Shown here piece by piece: positions 1-9,407 of a DNA stretch of 64,000 bases (position 1 is its first letter; every line of letters begins with the position of its first letter). The translations under genes were made by a program, and so were the position numbers. The notes under the pieces were generated by a model. The model had not been told where the DNA came from. It was given only the letters and a program-made list of their open reading frames with translations, and ran no database searches. The DNA is from Candidatus Latescibacterota bacterium (GTDB taxonomy: Bacteria > Latescibacterota > UBA2968 > UBA8231): NCBI GenBank assembly GCA_965248355.1, contig OZ252098.1:4288001-4352000 (forward strand). Direction: 5' to 3'.

Positions 1-546
1 GGGGCGCTGGAAATCTCCGGCCACCACCGTCGCTTCCTCCGTATCCGGGTCGAGACGGTAGACATTGGCGGCATTCTCAAACTCATCCCGATGCCCCTCG
101 TAGTCCATCAGAATGCCATAACCGGGGTCCGTGAACCAGATCGACCCATCGGACTTCACCACGATGTCGTTGGGGGCATTCAACGGCTTGCCCTCGAACC
201 GATCCATCAGCACGGTGATCGAACCGTCGTATTCCGTCCGCGTGACTCGACGCGCGTCGTGTTCGCACGACAGCAATCGCCCCTGGAGATCGCGCGTGTT
301 GCCATTGGTGTTGTTCGATGGCTTGCGGAAGACCGAGACCTCCCCGGTCTCTTCTTCCCACTTGAGAATGCGGTTGTTGGGTATGTCGCTGAACAGCAGA
401 TACCGGCCGTCGCCAAACCACACGGGGCCTTCGAGCCAGCGTCCGCCGGTCCAGAGCATTTCAAGGGCGGCGTTGGCCAGCTTGTACCTGGCGAAGCGCT
501 CGTCGAGCACCTCAAGGCGGCTATCCGGATATCTCACGATTTCCAT
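1..546 (-). CDS. SMP-30/gluconolactonase family protein (3' end outside window)
   Basis: Manual translation from the ATG at 546 (TAATG overlap with the upstream stop): MEIVRYPD...WLEGPVWFGDGRYLLFSDIPNNRILKW...NGNTRD...GKPLNAPNDIVVKSDGSIWFTDP. Absent from the ORF track because it runs off the edge. Confidence 0.9.
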   Translation of the reverse strand, partial: MEIVRYPDSRLEVLDERFARYKLANAALEMLWTGGRWLEGPVWFGDGRYLLFSDIPNNRILKWEEETGEVSVFRKPSNNTNGNTRDLQGRLLSCEHDARRVTRTEYDGSITVLMDRFEGKPLNAPNDIVVKSDGSIWFTDPGYGILMDYEGHRDEFENAANVYRLDPDTEEATVVAGDFQRP

Positions 547-1394
547 TATAGTCGGCGGAACTTCTGCACCCTGTCGTGGAGGGTGGCTACTTCACCGATG
601 TACAGCGAGCCCTCTTCGTCCACCCAGATGCTGTGCGGAGAGTCGGCGAATTGACCCGGGGCCGAGCCATCCTCGCCCCAGCGGGCCAGCAACCGCCCCT
701 CCATGTCGAAGATGCTGACGCGGGACGGAGCCTCGACGATGTACACCGTATTGTCCGGGGTGATGAAGAGATCCATGGGAGTTACCAGGTCCGTCCACTC
801 GTCCAGGTAGCGGCCCTCGGAGTCAAAGCGCTGGATGCGGTTGTTCTCGCGGTCGACGGCCCAGACGCGCTCGTCGCGGTCGACCCACAAACTGTGGGGC
901 AGGGCGAACTGACCCGGACCGGTGCCCGGGGATCCCCACGAATGGAGCACCTCTCCCGCGTCCGAAATGCGGTGGATGCGGTATTGGCCGTAGCCGTCGG
1001 CCACGTACAGATCCCCGGAAGGGCCGCGCATGGCTTTCGTGGGCTGGTTGAAGGGCTGGTCGGGCGCGCCCGGCACGCCAGGCGTGCCCCACGTGTGGAC
1101 CACTTCCCCCTGCGGATTGAAGCAGCGGATGGTGTGGTCGTCGGTGTCGGCCGCGTACACCCGGTCCTCGCCGTCGACCCACAGGAGGTGGGGGTTTCCC
1201 AGCAGGTCGGCTCCCCAAGTGTCGAGATAGACCCCGTCGCGGTCGTACACCAACAAGGCGGGCGGGTGACGGCGGCCCACAAAGACCCGGCCCCGGCTAT
1301 CGGCGGCCACTCCGGGCACGACACCGCCCATGGAGCGGCCCCGGGGGCCCAGGCCCCAGTGTTCGACGACTTCGTAATTGTAGATGGCGCTCAT
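546..1394 (-). CDS. NHL-repeat beta-propeller, peptidyl-alpha-hydroxyglycine alpha-amidating lyase-like
   Basis: NHL repeats FNQPT, LYVADGYG, GPGQFALPHSL, DRENNRIQ. Confidence 0.85.
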   Translation of the reverse strand: MSAIYNYEVVEHWGLGPRGRSMGGVVPGVAADSRGRVFVGRRHPPALLVYDRDGVYLDTWGADLLGNPHLLWVDGEDRVYAADTDDHTIRCFNPQGEVVHTWGTPGVPGAPDQPFNQPTKAMRGPSGDLYVADGYGQYRIHRISDAGEVLHSWGSPGTGPGQFALPHSLWVDRDERVWAVDRENNRIQRFDSEGRYLDEWTDLVTPMDLFITPDNTVYIVEAPSRVSIFDMEGRLLARWGEDGSAPGQFADSPHSIWVDEEGSLYIGEVATLHDRVQKFRRL

Positions 1395-1459
1395 GGCAAG
1401 CTCTCGCGGTCAGGGGGAAAAGCGTCGATCTTAAGGAAAGGAAACGCGGAGGAGTGAGC

Positions 1460-2266
1460 ATGAAGCTGACGGACGATCACTTCCAGACTCTTGTAGAACA
1501 AGGTTTTGTGGTCGTAGAGGATTTCTATCCGGAAGAACGCCGGGCCCGGATCGCCGAGGGCATCCGCCGGACCCTCCCTCCCTGGGAGGCGCTCGCCGGC
1601 GATCCGCCCGCAGATCGCATCTTGAGGGACGACTTCCCCTACGCCGACATGCTCTTCAATGAATTCATCATCGACTGGGACCTCATCGAGTTCGTCCAGC
1701 GGGTGCTCGAAACCGAGGACATCTTCTTCCGCTACGCCCACAACTGGGCGCGCTACCCCGACCCCGGGGCCGAGCAGCGGGGCCTGCACATCGACAATGG
1801 CAACAACTCGCTCCTGCCTCCCACATCCGACCGGCGCTACGGCCAGATCAGCACCTGGTACTTCCCCGAAGCCGTGGATGAGAACCAGGCGCCGATGCGA
1901 ATCGTGCCCAAGCCCCATGGAAGAGATCTGAGCAAGCGGGTTCTGCTGACCGTACCGGCGGGCACGATCATGATCTTCAACACCCATCTCTGGCACTCGG
2001 CGACGGTGTTCAAGGGCAGCGAAGGGCAGCGCTATTCCGCCACGCGGATCTACGGCCGCGCCGACCACTGCTGGGAGGGCGTGAGCAGCTTTACCAACCG
2101 AGGGATGGACGATCGGTTCCGGGCTTTCGTCGGCCGGCTTTCGGCGCGCGAACGAGCACTCTTCCGCTTTCCACCCCCTGGCCACGAGTACTATACCCAG
2201 GAGACGCTGGCCCGCCTCGAAGAGCAGTATCCGGGATGGAACTCGCGAGGAGAGTACGACTTGTGA
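1460..2266 (+). CDS. Phytanoyl-CoA dioxygenase (PhyH) family Fe(II)/2OG oxygenase
   Basis: GFVVVEDF N-terminus, LHID (HxD) and distal LWHS; GGAGGAG SD upstream. Confidence 0.85.
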   Translation: MKLTDDHFQTLVEQGFVVVEDFYPEERRARIAEGIRRTLPPWEALAGDPPADRILRDDFPYADMLFNEFIIDWDLIEFVQRVLETEDIFFRYAHNWARYPDPGAEQRGLHIDNGNNSLLPPTSDRRYGQISTWYFPEAVDENQAPMRIVPKPHGRDLSKRVLLTVPAGTIMIFNTHLWHSATVFKGSEGQRYSATRIYGRADHCWEGVSSFTNRGMDDRFRAFVGRLSARERALFRFPPPGHEYYTQETLARLEEQYPGWNSRGEYDL

Positions 2267-2280
2267 ACGTGGCCGAAGGG

Positions 2281-2335
2281 CCCCGTCACTCCTCCACGTG
2301 GCTCAGCACGAGATCCCGCAGGGTCACCATGCCGA
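2281..2335. repeat. 55-bp direct repeat, copy 1 (duplicate of CBS gene 3' end)
   Basis: Identical to 2969-3023 except one c/g mismatch. Confidence 0.9.
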
Positions 2336-2476
2336 ATGGCCTTCGAGGACCCGGCCGCCCACGGGGCGGTGAAGGTGGTGCTCAGCTTCGAGTAGCCGGT
2401 CCCGCCCGGGCCGGGCGGATCAGACCACCTCCAGCACCATCGTAGGAATCGTCTTTCCCCCAACGGAGATACCGCA

Positions 2477-2911
2477 ATGAGAAGCTTCATCCGCGCGGCC
2501 CTCGTCACCGCCCTCGTCGCCTCGCCGGCTCTTTCCCAGGAAGCCGTGCCGATCAAGACCCTCCCCTTCAGCGCCGCCCGCCAGGCCGGGGGCCTGCTCT
2601 TCGTCAGCGGGCAGATCGCTCGCACGGCCGACGGCGCCGACGTGAAGGAGTCGGTAGCGGCCGAGACGCACCAGGTCATGAAGAACATCGGGCGCATCTT
2701 GCAGGAGCACGGCTATGCCTTCGACGACCTGGTGAATGTCACCGTCTGGCTCGCCGACATCGAGGACTACCACGAGATGAACAAGGCCTACGCCTCCTAC
2801 TTCAAGGAGCGGTTCCCGGCGCGGGCCTGTACCGGCGGGGCGCAGATCGTCTTCGACTTCCGCGTCGAGATCGCCGCCGTCGCCTACAAGGACGAGCACG
2901 ACGAGGATTGA
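2477..2911 (+). CDS. RidA/YjgF/YER057c family protein with N-terminal signal peptide
   Basis: LFVSGQI, FPARAC, VEIAAVA motifs; hydrophobic leader ending ALS-QE. Confidence 0.9.
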   Translation: MRSFIRAALVTALVASPALSQEAVPIKTLPFSAARQAGGLLFVSGQIARTADGADVKESVAAETHQVMKNIGRILQEHGYAFDDLVNVTVWLADIEDYHEMNKAYASYFKERFPARACTGGAQIVFDFRVEIAAVAYKDEHDED

Positions 2912-2968
2912 GCCAAGGCTGCCGGATTCGGCTCAGCTTCGAGTAGCGCCCGGGTCGGGAGCGGCCGC

Positions 2969-3023
2969 CCCCGTCACTCCTCCACGTGGCTCAGGACGAG
3001 ATCCCGCAGGGTCACCATGCCGA
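2969..3023. repeat. 55-bp direct repeat, copy 2 (overlaps CBS gene 3' end)
   Basis: Matches 2281-2335. Confidence 0.9.
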
Positions 3024-3375
3024 GGGGGGCGCGCTCGGCGTCGATGACCACGGCGCGGGAGAGCTCGAAGCGCACCAGCAGGCGCACCGCGTAGCGGGCG
3101 AGCATGCCCGCCGGCAGGGTCAGGACCGGCTTCGACATGATCTCGTAGACATTGACCCGTTCGGGTGCGCGGTTCTTCGCGATCACCTCCCGTGCGATGT
3201 CCGCCACCACGAGCAGGCCGTACTCGTCGTCGTCGTCGCGCCGGTCGACGGCGAGGGAGCTGACATCGTGGCGCTTCATGAGCGCCATGGCATCGGCCAC
3301 GGTGGCAAGCCTGTCGATCGTGTAGAGCCTGGAGCCCATGAGGTCTCCAACCCGGATGATGCGTCTCTCGCTCAT
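2974..3375 (-). CDS. CBS domain protein
   Basis: Tandem CBS pair (VGDLM...YGLLVVADI; IMSKPV...LGMVTLRDL). Confidence 0.9.
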   Translation of the reverse strand: MSERRIIRVGDLMGSRLYTIDRLATVADAMALMKRHDVSSLAVDRRDDDDEYGLLVVADIAREVIAKNRAPERVNVYEIMSKPVLTLPAGMLARYAVRLLVRFELSRAVVIDAERAPLGMVTLRDLVLSHVEE

Positions 3376-3722
3376 ATCTCGTCATCCACCTCTTCGAGGA
3401 TCGTGGGGAGTTGGGTGGTGAGACCGACGGCGTCCTCGATGGGGACCTGGAACGCAATGCCGGCGCCGGGCTCCTGCTCGAAGCGCCCGGCATCGCGGAT
3501 GCGCTCCAGAATGTCGCGCGCCCGCGTCTCGACCACCAGGAACAGGACGACGTCGCGCCGGGCCGCCAGGTCGAGACCGAAGAAGGTCTTCTGCGGCTTC
3601 AGCCCTTCGCCGCGCACACCGGAGATTATCGTCGCGCCGGTGGCCCCGCCGGTGCGCGCGGCATCGACCACGGTATCGGTCTTTTCGTCGCTCACCAGGG
3701 CGACGATCAGCTTCAGTCTCAT
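3372..3722 (-). CDS. P-II family regulator
   Basis: KLIVALV, GATGATI, RGEG, PGAGIAF P-II-like motifs. Confidence 0.9.
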   Translation of the reverse strand: MRLKLIVALVSDEKTDTVVDAARTGGATGATIISGVRGEGLKPQKTFFGLDLAARRDVVLFLVVETRARDILERIRDAGRFEQEPGAGIAFQVPIEDAVGLTTQLPTILEEVDDEI

Positions 3723-3725
3723 GGC

Positions 3726-4529
3726 TCAAGTCTCCTCGGAATGGTTGGCGTTCCGCCGTCGGCTCACCCAGGACACGGCCATGGCATAGCCCAGCACGGA
3801 CATGATGGGAAAGACGCTGGCGAAGGCGATGAGGCCGAACCCGTCGATCAGGGGGCTGCGCCCGGGAACGGTGGCGGCGAGCCCCAGGCCCAGGGCGGCG
3901 ACCACGGGCACCGTGACCGTCGACGTGGTGACGCCGCCGCTGTCGTAGGCGAGGGGCACGATGGTCCGGCTCGACCGGAAGGTCTGGGCGATCACCACGA
4001 CATATGCGGCGATGATGTACCAGGGCAGGGGCGTGCCGGTGACGATGCGAAAGCAGCCCAGGGCCACCCCCGCGGCCACCCCGAAAGCCACGGCGATCCT
4101 CAGGCCCCAGGCATGGATCGCGCCGCCCGAGATCTCCTCGGCCTTGAGGGCGACCGCCATGAGCGAGGGCTCGGCCACGGTCGTGGCAAAGCCGATCGCC
4201 GCGGCAAAGGCGTAGACCAGCAGGTAGTCGTGCCAGTCGACCCCGTCGGCAAGACTCGCGCTCCCGATGGTCTCGGGGGCGGTGAGCTGGCGGGCCATGG
4301 TCTCGCCGATGGGGAAGAGGGCCTCCTCCAGGCCGATGAGGAAAAGGGTGAGTCCCAACAGGACGAAGACGAACCCGGCCGCGATGCGGCGCAGGTTCGG
4401 CAGGTTGCGGCGCAGCACCGCAACCTGGAACAGGACGAGGATGCCGACGATGGGCGCCACATCGAGCGTGGTGGAACCCGCGGTAACGGCAATGGTGCGC
4501 AGGAACTCCACCTCAGACCACCATGCCAT
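3726..4529 (-). CDS. DUF1538 membrane protein
   Basis: [36 protein letters not shown]. Confidence 0.88.
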   Translation of the reverse strand: MAWWSEVEFLRTIAVTAGSTTLDVAPIVGILVLFQVAVLRRNLPNLRRIAAGFVFVLLGLTLFLIGLEEALFPIGETMARQLTAPETIGSASLADGVDWHDYLLVYAFAAAIGFATTVAEPSLMAVALKAEEISGGAIHAWGLRIAVAFGVAAGVALGCFRIVTGTPLPWYIIAAYVVVIAQTFRSSRTIVPLAYDSGGVTTSTVTVPVVAALGLGLAATVPGRSPLIDGFGLIAFASVFPIMSVLGYAMAVSWVSRRRNANHSEET

Positions 4530-5247
4530 AGGCCAGTACGAAGATCATCGGCGTCAGGCTGGCGAAGGCGATGAGCCCGAAGCCGTCGACCATCGGGTTG
4601 CGCCCCCGGATCGACGTGGCGAGCCCGACACCCAGGGCGGTGACGAGAGGCACCGTGATCGTGCTGGTGGTGACGCCGCCGGAATCGTAGGCCACGCCGA
4701 TGATCTCCGGGGGCGCGAAGGCGGTCATTGCGGTGACCAGCACATAGCCCCCGATGATCAGCCGGTGGAGCGGCCAGCCCTTGAGGATGCGCAGCACGCC
4801 GAGCACGATGGCCGCGCCGACGGAGACCGCCACCACCATGCGCAACTCGAAGGCGTACGCGGCGCGCGCCTCATCGTCGTCGGCGATGGCACCGGCTTCG
4901 GCGGCGACCTCGGCCGCCTCCGCGGCCACGGCGATGAGGGCGGGCTCCGCGACCGTGGTGCCGAAACCCAGGCAGAAGGCAAAGGCCAGGAGCGCCGTGG
5001 CGCTGCCCTTGCGGGCAAAGGCCTGGGCAATCGCGTCGCCGAGGGGAAAGAGTCCGCTCTCCAACCCCTGGATGAAGAGCGTCAGGCCGGCGATCACGCA
5101 GAGCAGGCCGACAACGACGCGCCCGAGATTCGGAAAGGGCTGCTGCAACACCGCGATCTGGAAGAAGGCGATGACGAGGATGATCGGCGCCAGATCGCGC
5201 AGCGCACCGAGGAGCCGCCGCAGTATCGCGCCCAGGGTCCTGGTCAT
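4513..5247 (-). CDS. DUF1538 membrane protein (paralogue)
   Basis: [36 protein letters not shown]. Confidence 0.88.
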   Translation of the reverse strand: MTRTLGAILRRLLGALRDLAPIILVIAFFQIAVLQQPFPNLGRVVVGLLCVIAGLTLFIQGLESGLFPLGDAIAQAFARKGSATALLAFAFCLGFGTTVAEPALIAVAAEAAEVAAEAGAIADDDEARAAYAFELRMVVAVSVGAAIVLGVLRILKGWPLHRLIIGGYVLVTAMTAFAPPEIIGVAYDSGGVTTSTITVPLVTALGVGLATSIRGRNPMVDGFGLIAFASLTPMIFVLAYGMVV

Positions 5248-5292
5248 GGCCGCGGGTTGCCGGTTGTCTGGCGAGTGCAGGACATGGGCCCG

Positions 5293-8169
5293 TCAGCCCC
5301 CAGGTTGTTGCGTGTTTCGGGTATAGCCGCATTCAGGCCAGGTCGAGCACCCGAGGAAGCGGCCGTGTCTGCCGATCCGGGTCTGCAGCCAGCCGCCGCA
5401 GGCGGGGCAGGCCTCGATCGGCTTGCGGCAATCCCTGCATTCAAACCCTCCGTTCGCCGGGACCGGCAATCCCTCTCCGCAGGCGGGACAGGACGGCTGT
5501 CTGTGCTCGCAGTACGGCCAGTTCGAGCAGCCGTGGAATGCGCTCCCGTTGCGGGCGTTCTCGCGGCGCACCAGGCGTCCTTCGATGCACTTGGGGCAGG
5601 GCGCCTCCTTCTCCGGCGAACGCCCGAAGACGGCGACCCCGGAGTTCCCCGCGATCAGCTCCTGGACGAATGGAGAAGGGGGGCCCCCGTCGGCGAGAAG
5701 GAAGACCTGGCGTCGGGCCCGGGTCATGGCGACGTAGAGGAGACGCCGCTCTTCGGCATTTGGATGTTCATCCGGCGCGGCAAGAACGAGTTCGAGAAGC
5801 GGGTCGTCCGCGATCTCCGACGGAAAGCCTTGTCTTCCCGAGCGCAGGCCGAGGACCACCGCATAGTCGGCTTCGAGTCCTTTGGAGCCATGTACGGTCA
5901 TATAGGACAACCGCAGACGCGGGTACCGGCTTGCCAGGCCGGACAAGTCGGGCGGCCGCATGTGCCGGTAGCGTCCCAACAACAGCACGCTCGATGCCTC
6001 CCGGCGCCCCTCGGCGTCCGCCGCGATCCTGTCGAGGGCTTCGCTCAACAGGGAGAGACCCTTCCCCCCGGCAAGGCCTGCGTGCACGCACGGTCCGTCC
6101 ACCTGGCGCGTCGAACGCACCTTCTTGCGTATCTGGGTGGGGTTGGCGAGAACGAACCGGGTCGCGGCTTCGGCGATGGCCTCCGGACACCTGAAGGTCG
6201 TCTCCAGATCGATCCGCTCGCTGGCGCCGAAGCGCTTCCCGAAATCGCGCATGACGGCGATGTCGGATCCGGCGAAGCGGAATATCGCCTGCCAGTCGTC
6301 GCCGACGGCGAACAACTGGGCGGTGGGGGACTGGTCGAGCAATGCCTTCAGCAGCCTCGCCCTTGCGGGAGAGATGTCCTGGAACTCATCGACCAGGATA
6401 TAGCCGAAGGGGCTTCGGTAGCGCCCCGCCTCCACATGTTCCGTGGCCTTGTCGATCATGTCGTGAAAGTCGATCTGTCCCAGACCGGAGAGGGTTTCCT
6501 GGTAGCGCTCGAAGACCGGTCGGAAAACAGCCAGGAACGCCTCCGCCCGAAGCCGGTCGCCGGCTCCCGCGGCCCGGCGGGAGACTTTCTCGAAGGAGAG
6601 TTGGGCGCCCTTGAAATGATGGAGGAAGGTTGCCAGCAGACGCAGGAACGGATCGATGCGGCCCTGCCGCTGGAGGACGGCGAAGACCTCGGCCGGGGGA
6701 AGCGGAGACAGGGTGACGCCGTGCGCCGCCAGCTTCTCCCTCAGATTGCCGGTCAACGCGCCGGCGGTCCGTTCCCAACTGAAGGTCTCGATGAGGACGG
6801 TGCCCTTCTCCTCATGCAGCCGGCGCTTCCACTCCACGTCCTGGAGGTACTTCTTCTCATCGACGAACCGCGCGGTCCGGCCTTCGGCATCGAGCCCGAA
6901 ATGCTCGATGTAGATCCCCGCCTCCGGGAGATGGAAGTCGGGCCGGTACTGACGCTTCTCCGGGGTCGCGGTGTTGTGTTCGTAGGGAGCTTCGTACTCG
7001 TAGGGCACGTTGTTCACGTGGAGGAAGTTGGCGATCTCGCATTCCTCCATGCTCTTCACCTTCTCTCCCTTGAGAGAGCGGATGTCGAAGCGGCGGAGGT
7101 ACTCCCAGTATTCCCCCCAGTTCCGGAACTCCTGGTGGCTCCGGTAGGGCGCGAACTGGCCCATGAACCACCTCACCAGGGCATCCGGTACCTCCCCGTC
7201 GGCGAGCAGTCCGGCGAGGATCTCCTTCAGCAGGTCGATCAGCGCCCTGTCGTCTTCCGCCACCTTGGCAAGTGACGGGCGCCTGCCCTCGGCCTTGCCG
7301 ATGATCGACATTCCAAGGCTGTGGAACGTCCGCACCGTCGCGCCCTTTGCCGCCTCGTCCCCGAGACGGCCGCGGATGCGTTCGTCGAGCTCGTCCCGGG
7401 CGTCCCTTGCGAAGGCGAGCAGGAGCAGTTCCGACGGGCGCCTGAAACCTCTCAGGACGAGCCAGCCCGCCTTGGCGACGATCACCGAGGTCTTGCCGCT
7501 GCCGGCCGCGGCGACCACGAGGTTGCGGTCCTCGTCGACCACGACCGCCCTGCGTTGCTCGTCCGTGAGGGGCCGCGCCTCCACCCGGTCGAAGAACGCC
7601 CTGGAACGCTCCAACTCACTGGCGGCGAAGGCCTCGTTGGCCCTCGCCCTGAGCGCATCGGGGCTGTTCAGGAACCCCCGTACCGCCGCCAGCATCCCGG
7701 TCTCCGGAGCCTTCGCCAGGGTGTCCGGCCATTGGCCGGGAAAGTGGGCGGCCACTTCCCGTGCGTCTCGCTCAAGATCGCGGCAGAGGTTGCGGCCCAT
7801 GTATCCCGGCGGGTCTTCGAACTGCGCCAGGCGCTCGTGGACGGAGCGGAGCGCCTCGTTCCGGGCGGCAAACTCCCGGCGCCACCAACCGACTCGGGCA
7901 GCTTCCAGCGCCGCCGAAAGCGCCTCCGCGTCAGGCCGCGTCAGCCCGGACACCGCGGCCTCCCCGGCGGCATGACTGACCCTTACCCGGCCCCAGCGCC
8001 ACCCCGTCTTCAGTTCCGCGGAATCGATGGCGCCGAGAGGAATCTCCCTGGGACCGGACGCACAGGTCAGTCGCAAGGCCGCGGCCTCAACGGTGGCGGC
8101 CCTGGCGTCCCGGCTACGGAGAATCCGGAACAGGACCGACGCGAGCCCGGGCACCCGGGAAAAGGTCAC
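5293..8169 (-). CDS. UvrD/HelD (DNA helicase IV-like) SF1 helicase with C-terminal topoisomerase-type Zn ribbons
   Basis: AAAGSGKT, LVDEFQD, VGDDWQAIF, HGSKGLE, EERRLLYVAMTRAR; CPKC/GCSNWPYC repeats. GTG start overlaps the upstream stop (GTGA). Confidence 0.88.
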   Translation of the reverse strand: MTFSRVPGLASVLFRILRSRDARAATVEAAALRLTCASGPREIPLGAIDSAELKTGWRWGRVRVSHAAGEAAVSGLTRPDAEALSAALEAARVGWWRREFAARNEALRSVHERLAQFEDPPGYMGRNLCRDLERDAREVAAHFPGQWPDTLAKAPETGMLAAVRGFLNSPDALRARANEAFAASELERSRAFFDRVEARPLTDEQRRAVVVDEDRNLVVAAAGSGKTSVIVAKAGWLVLRGFRRPSELLLLAFARDARDELDERIRGRLGDEAAKGATVRTFHSLGMSIIGKAEGRRPSLAKVAEDDRALIDLLKEILAGLLADGEVPDALVRWFMGQFAPYRSHQEFRNWGEYWEYLRRFDIRSLKGEKVKSMEECEIANFLHVNNVPYEYEAPYEHNTATPEKRQYRPDFHLPEAGIYIEHFGLDAEGRTARFVDEKKYLQDVEWKRRLHEEKGTVLIETFSWERTAGALTGNLREKLAAHGVTLSPLPPAEVFAVLQRQGRIDPFLRLLATFLHHFKGAQLSFEKVSRRAAGAGDRLRAEAFLAVFRPVFERYQETLSGLGQIDFHDMIDKATEHVEAGRYRSPFGYILVDEFQDISPARARLLKALLDQSPTAQLFAVGDDWQAIFRFAGSDIAVMRDFGKRFGASERIDLETTFRCPEAIAEAATRFVLANPTQIRKKVRSTRQVDGPCVHAGLAGGKGLSLLSEALDRIAADAEGRREASSVLLLGRYRHMRPPDLSGLASRYPRLRLSYMTVHGSKGLEADYAVVLGLRSGRQGFPSEIADDPLLELVLAAPDEHPNAEERRLLYVAMTRARRQVFLLADGGPPSPFVQELIAGNSGVAVFGRSPEKEAPCPKCIEGRLVRRENARNGSAFHGCSNWPYCEHRQPSCPACGEGLPVPANGGFECRDCRKPIEACPACGGWLQTRIGRHGRFLGCSTWPECGYTRNTQQPGG

Positions 8170-9332
8170 GGAACAGGGTTGTCGAGGGGAGCCAGCGCCC
8201 ACCGGGTAGCCGCCACGTGAGTCACGCTGTCGCCGAGGGTCATGTAGTAGACGGTCAACAGCGAGCCGTCCGAGAGCTCGACCGTCCGCGGATAACCCAG
8301 ATCGTCGGGTGTGCCTTTCCCGGCCACGGCCCCATCGGTTGTGAGACCGTCCTCGCGCAGTACGATCTCGTCGGCGACTTCCCAGGTTTCGCAGCCGTCG
8401 CGGGACAGGCAGGCCCGCACCCCGCAGGGAGCCCGCCGGTATCCGTAGCTGCAGAGGACGGCGCCGCTGCTCAGCAGCAACAGGTGCGGAGGATATCCCC
8501 ACATCCCGGTCTTCCAGACCTCGCTCCAGGTCTTGCCGCCGTCGTCCGAGTGCGTCTGGAACAGGTACTTCTCCTCCTGTGGAATGCGCTTGCTGCCGCT
8601 GGAGGTGCGCACCATCGCCACGACGCGGCCCTCCGGCAGCGCCAGGAGGCTGCTCTCGTTGAAGGGATGCTCGCCGTCGTCGTACGCCATCGTCACCATC
8701 TCCCAGGTGTCGCCGGCATCTTCCGAGCGCAGCACCCAGGCGCGGAACGGATCGCCTGCCCGGGCGCTTCCGTACACCTGATGCACGATCGTATCGTCCG
8801 GGAGAACGCAACTCTTCAGGTCGGCCCCGTTGCGGACCAGGGCGAAGAACGGCAGCTCGTCGCCGCTTCGGAGCAGACGATGTTTCCAGTCGCTCTCTCC
8901 CGGCCGCTTTCGCGACATCCGCAGGCTGTGCTCCACGTGGATGCGTTCGGGGAACTCCTCCACCGCAAAGCCGCGCCGCTCGAATTCCACCCTGCGCTCG
9001 GGCGGGTACGCGTTGACGGGTCGGGAGATCCTGATCCGGGTGCCGTCGCTCAGCACCGCGCTCCTCAGCGTCTCGGCGCATGGCCGGTACCGGTCGTCCT
9101 TCCCCTCCTCGAACCAGCTGTCCCCGCCGTCCGGAGAGAACAGCTCCACGTGGCCGGTGGCGCCTCCCGCCAGTCCACCCGAATGAGAGTGAGCGGCACC
9201 CTCGACGCCACGCGCCAGCGGCGTGTGGGAGTTCCAGTTGAAACCGACCCAGAGCTCGTCGCAGTCTCCCCTTGCCACCGTGGGGAAGCTGGAATAGCGA
9301 TCCTCGTCCCAGTACAATACAGAGTGATTCAC
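8166..9332 (-). CDS. BNR/Asp-box sialidase-family protein (start uncertain)
   Basis: Asp boxes SPDGGDSW, SEDAGDTW, SDDGGKTW, SRDGCETW; DLGYP motif. Confidence 0.8.
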   Translation of the reverse strand: MNHSVLYWDEDRYSSFPTVARGDCDELWVGFNWNSHTPLARGVEGAAHSHSGGLAGGATGHVELFSPDGGDSWFEEGKDDRYRPCAETLRSAVLSDGTRIRISRPVNAYPPERRVEFERRGFAVEEFPERIHVEHSLRMSRKRPGESDWKHRLLRSGDELPFFALVRNGADLKSCVLPDDTIVHQVYGSARAGDPFRAWVLRSEDAGDTWEMVTMAYDDGEHPFNESSLLALPEGRVVAMVRTSSGSKRIPQEEKYLFQTHSDDGGKTWSEVWKTGMWGYPPHLLLLSSGAVLCSYGYRRAPCGVRACLSRDGCETWEVADEIVLREDGLTTDGAVAGKGTPDDLGYPRTVELSDGSLLTVYYMTLGDSVTHVAATRWALAPLDNPVP

Positions 9333-9407
9333 CGGCGTCTCAGTTGCATTCGTCCAATGATAGACAAACCGCCCGCGCGCGAAACGCGGGTCCGCAACGA
9401 GGGACTC

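Noticed and set aside
2281..3023. CRISPR array or integron attC sites
   Set aside because: Only two copies, derived from coding sequence; no regular spacers, cas genes, integrase or attC structure
4267..7275. 1002-aa plus-strand ORF, and similar long ORFs at 20070-22529, 53546-56299 and 59115-62102
   Set aside because: Antisense shadows of recognisable genes; long stop-free opposite frames are expected at this GC content
8170..9081. N-terminal extension of the helicase ORF
   Set aside because: Alternate frame of the sialidase gene; GTGA coupling at 8166-8169 gives a better start
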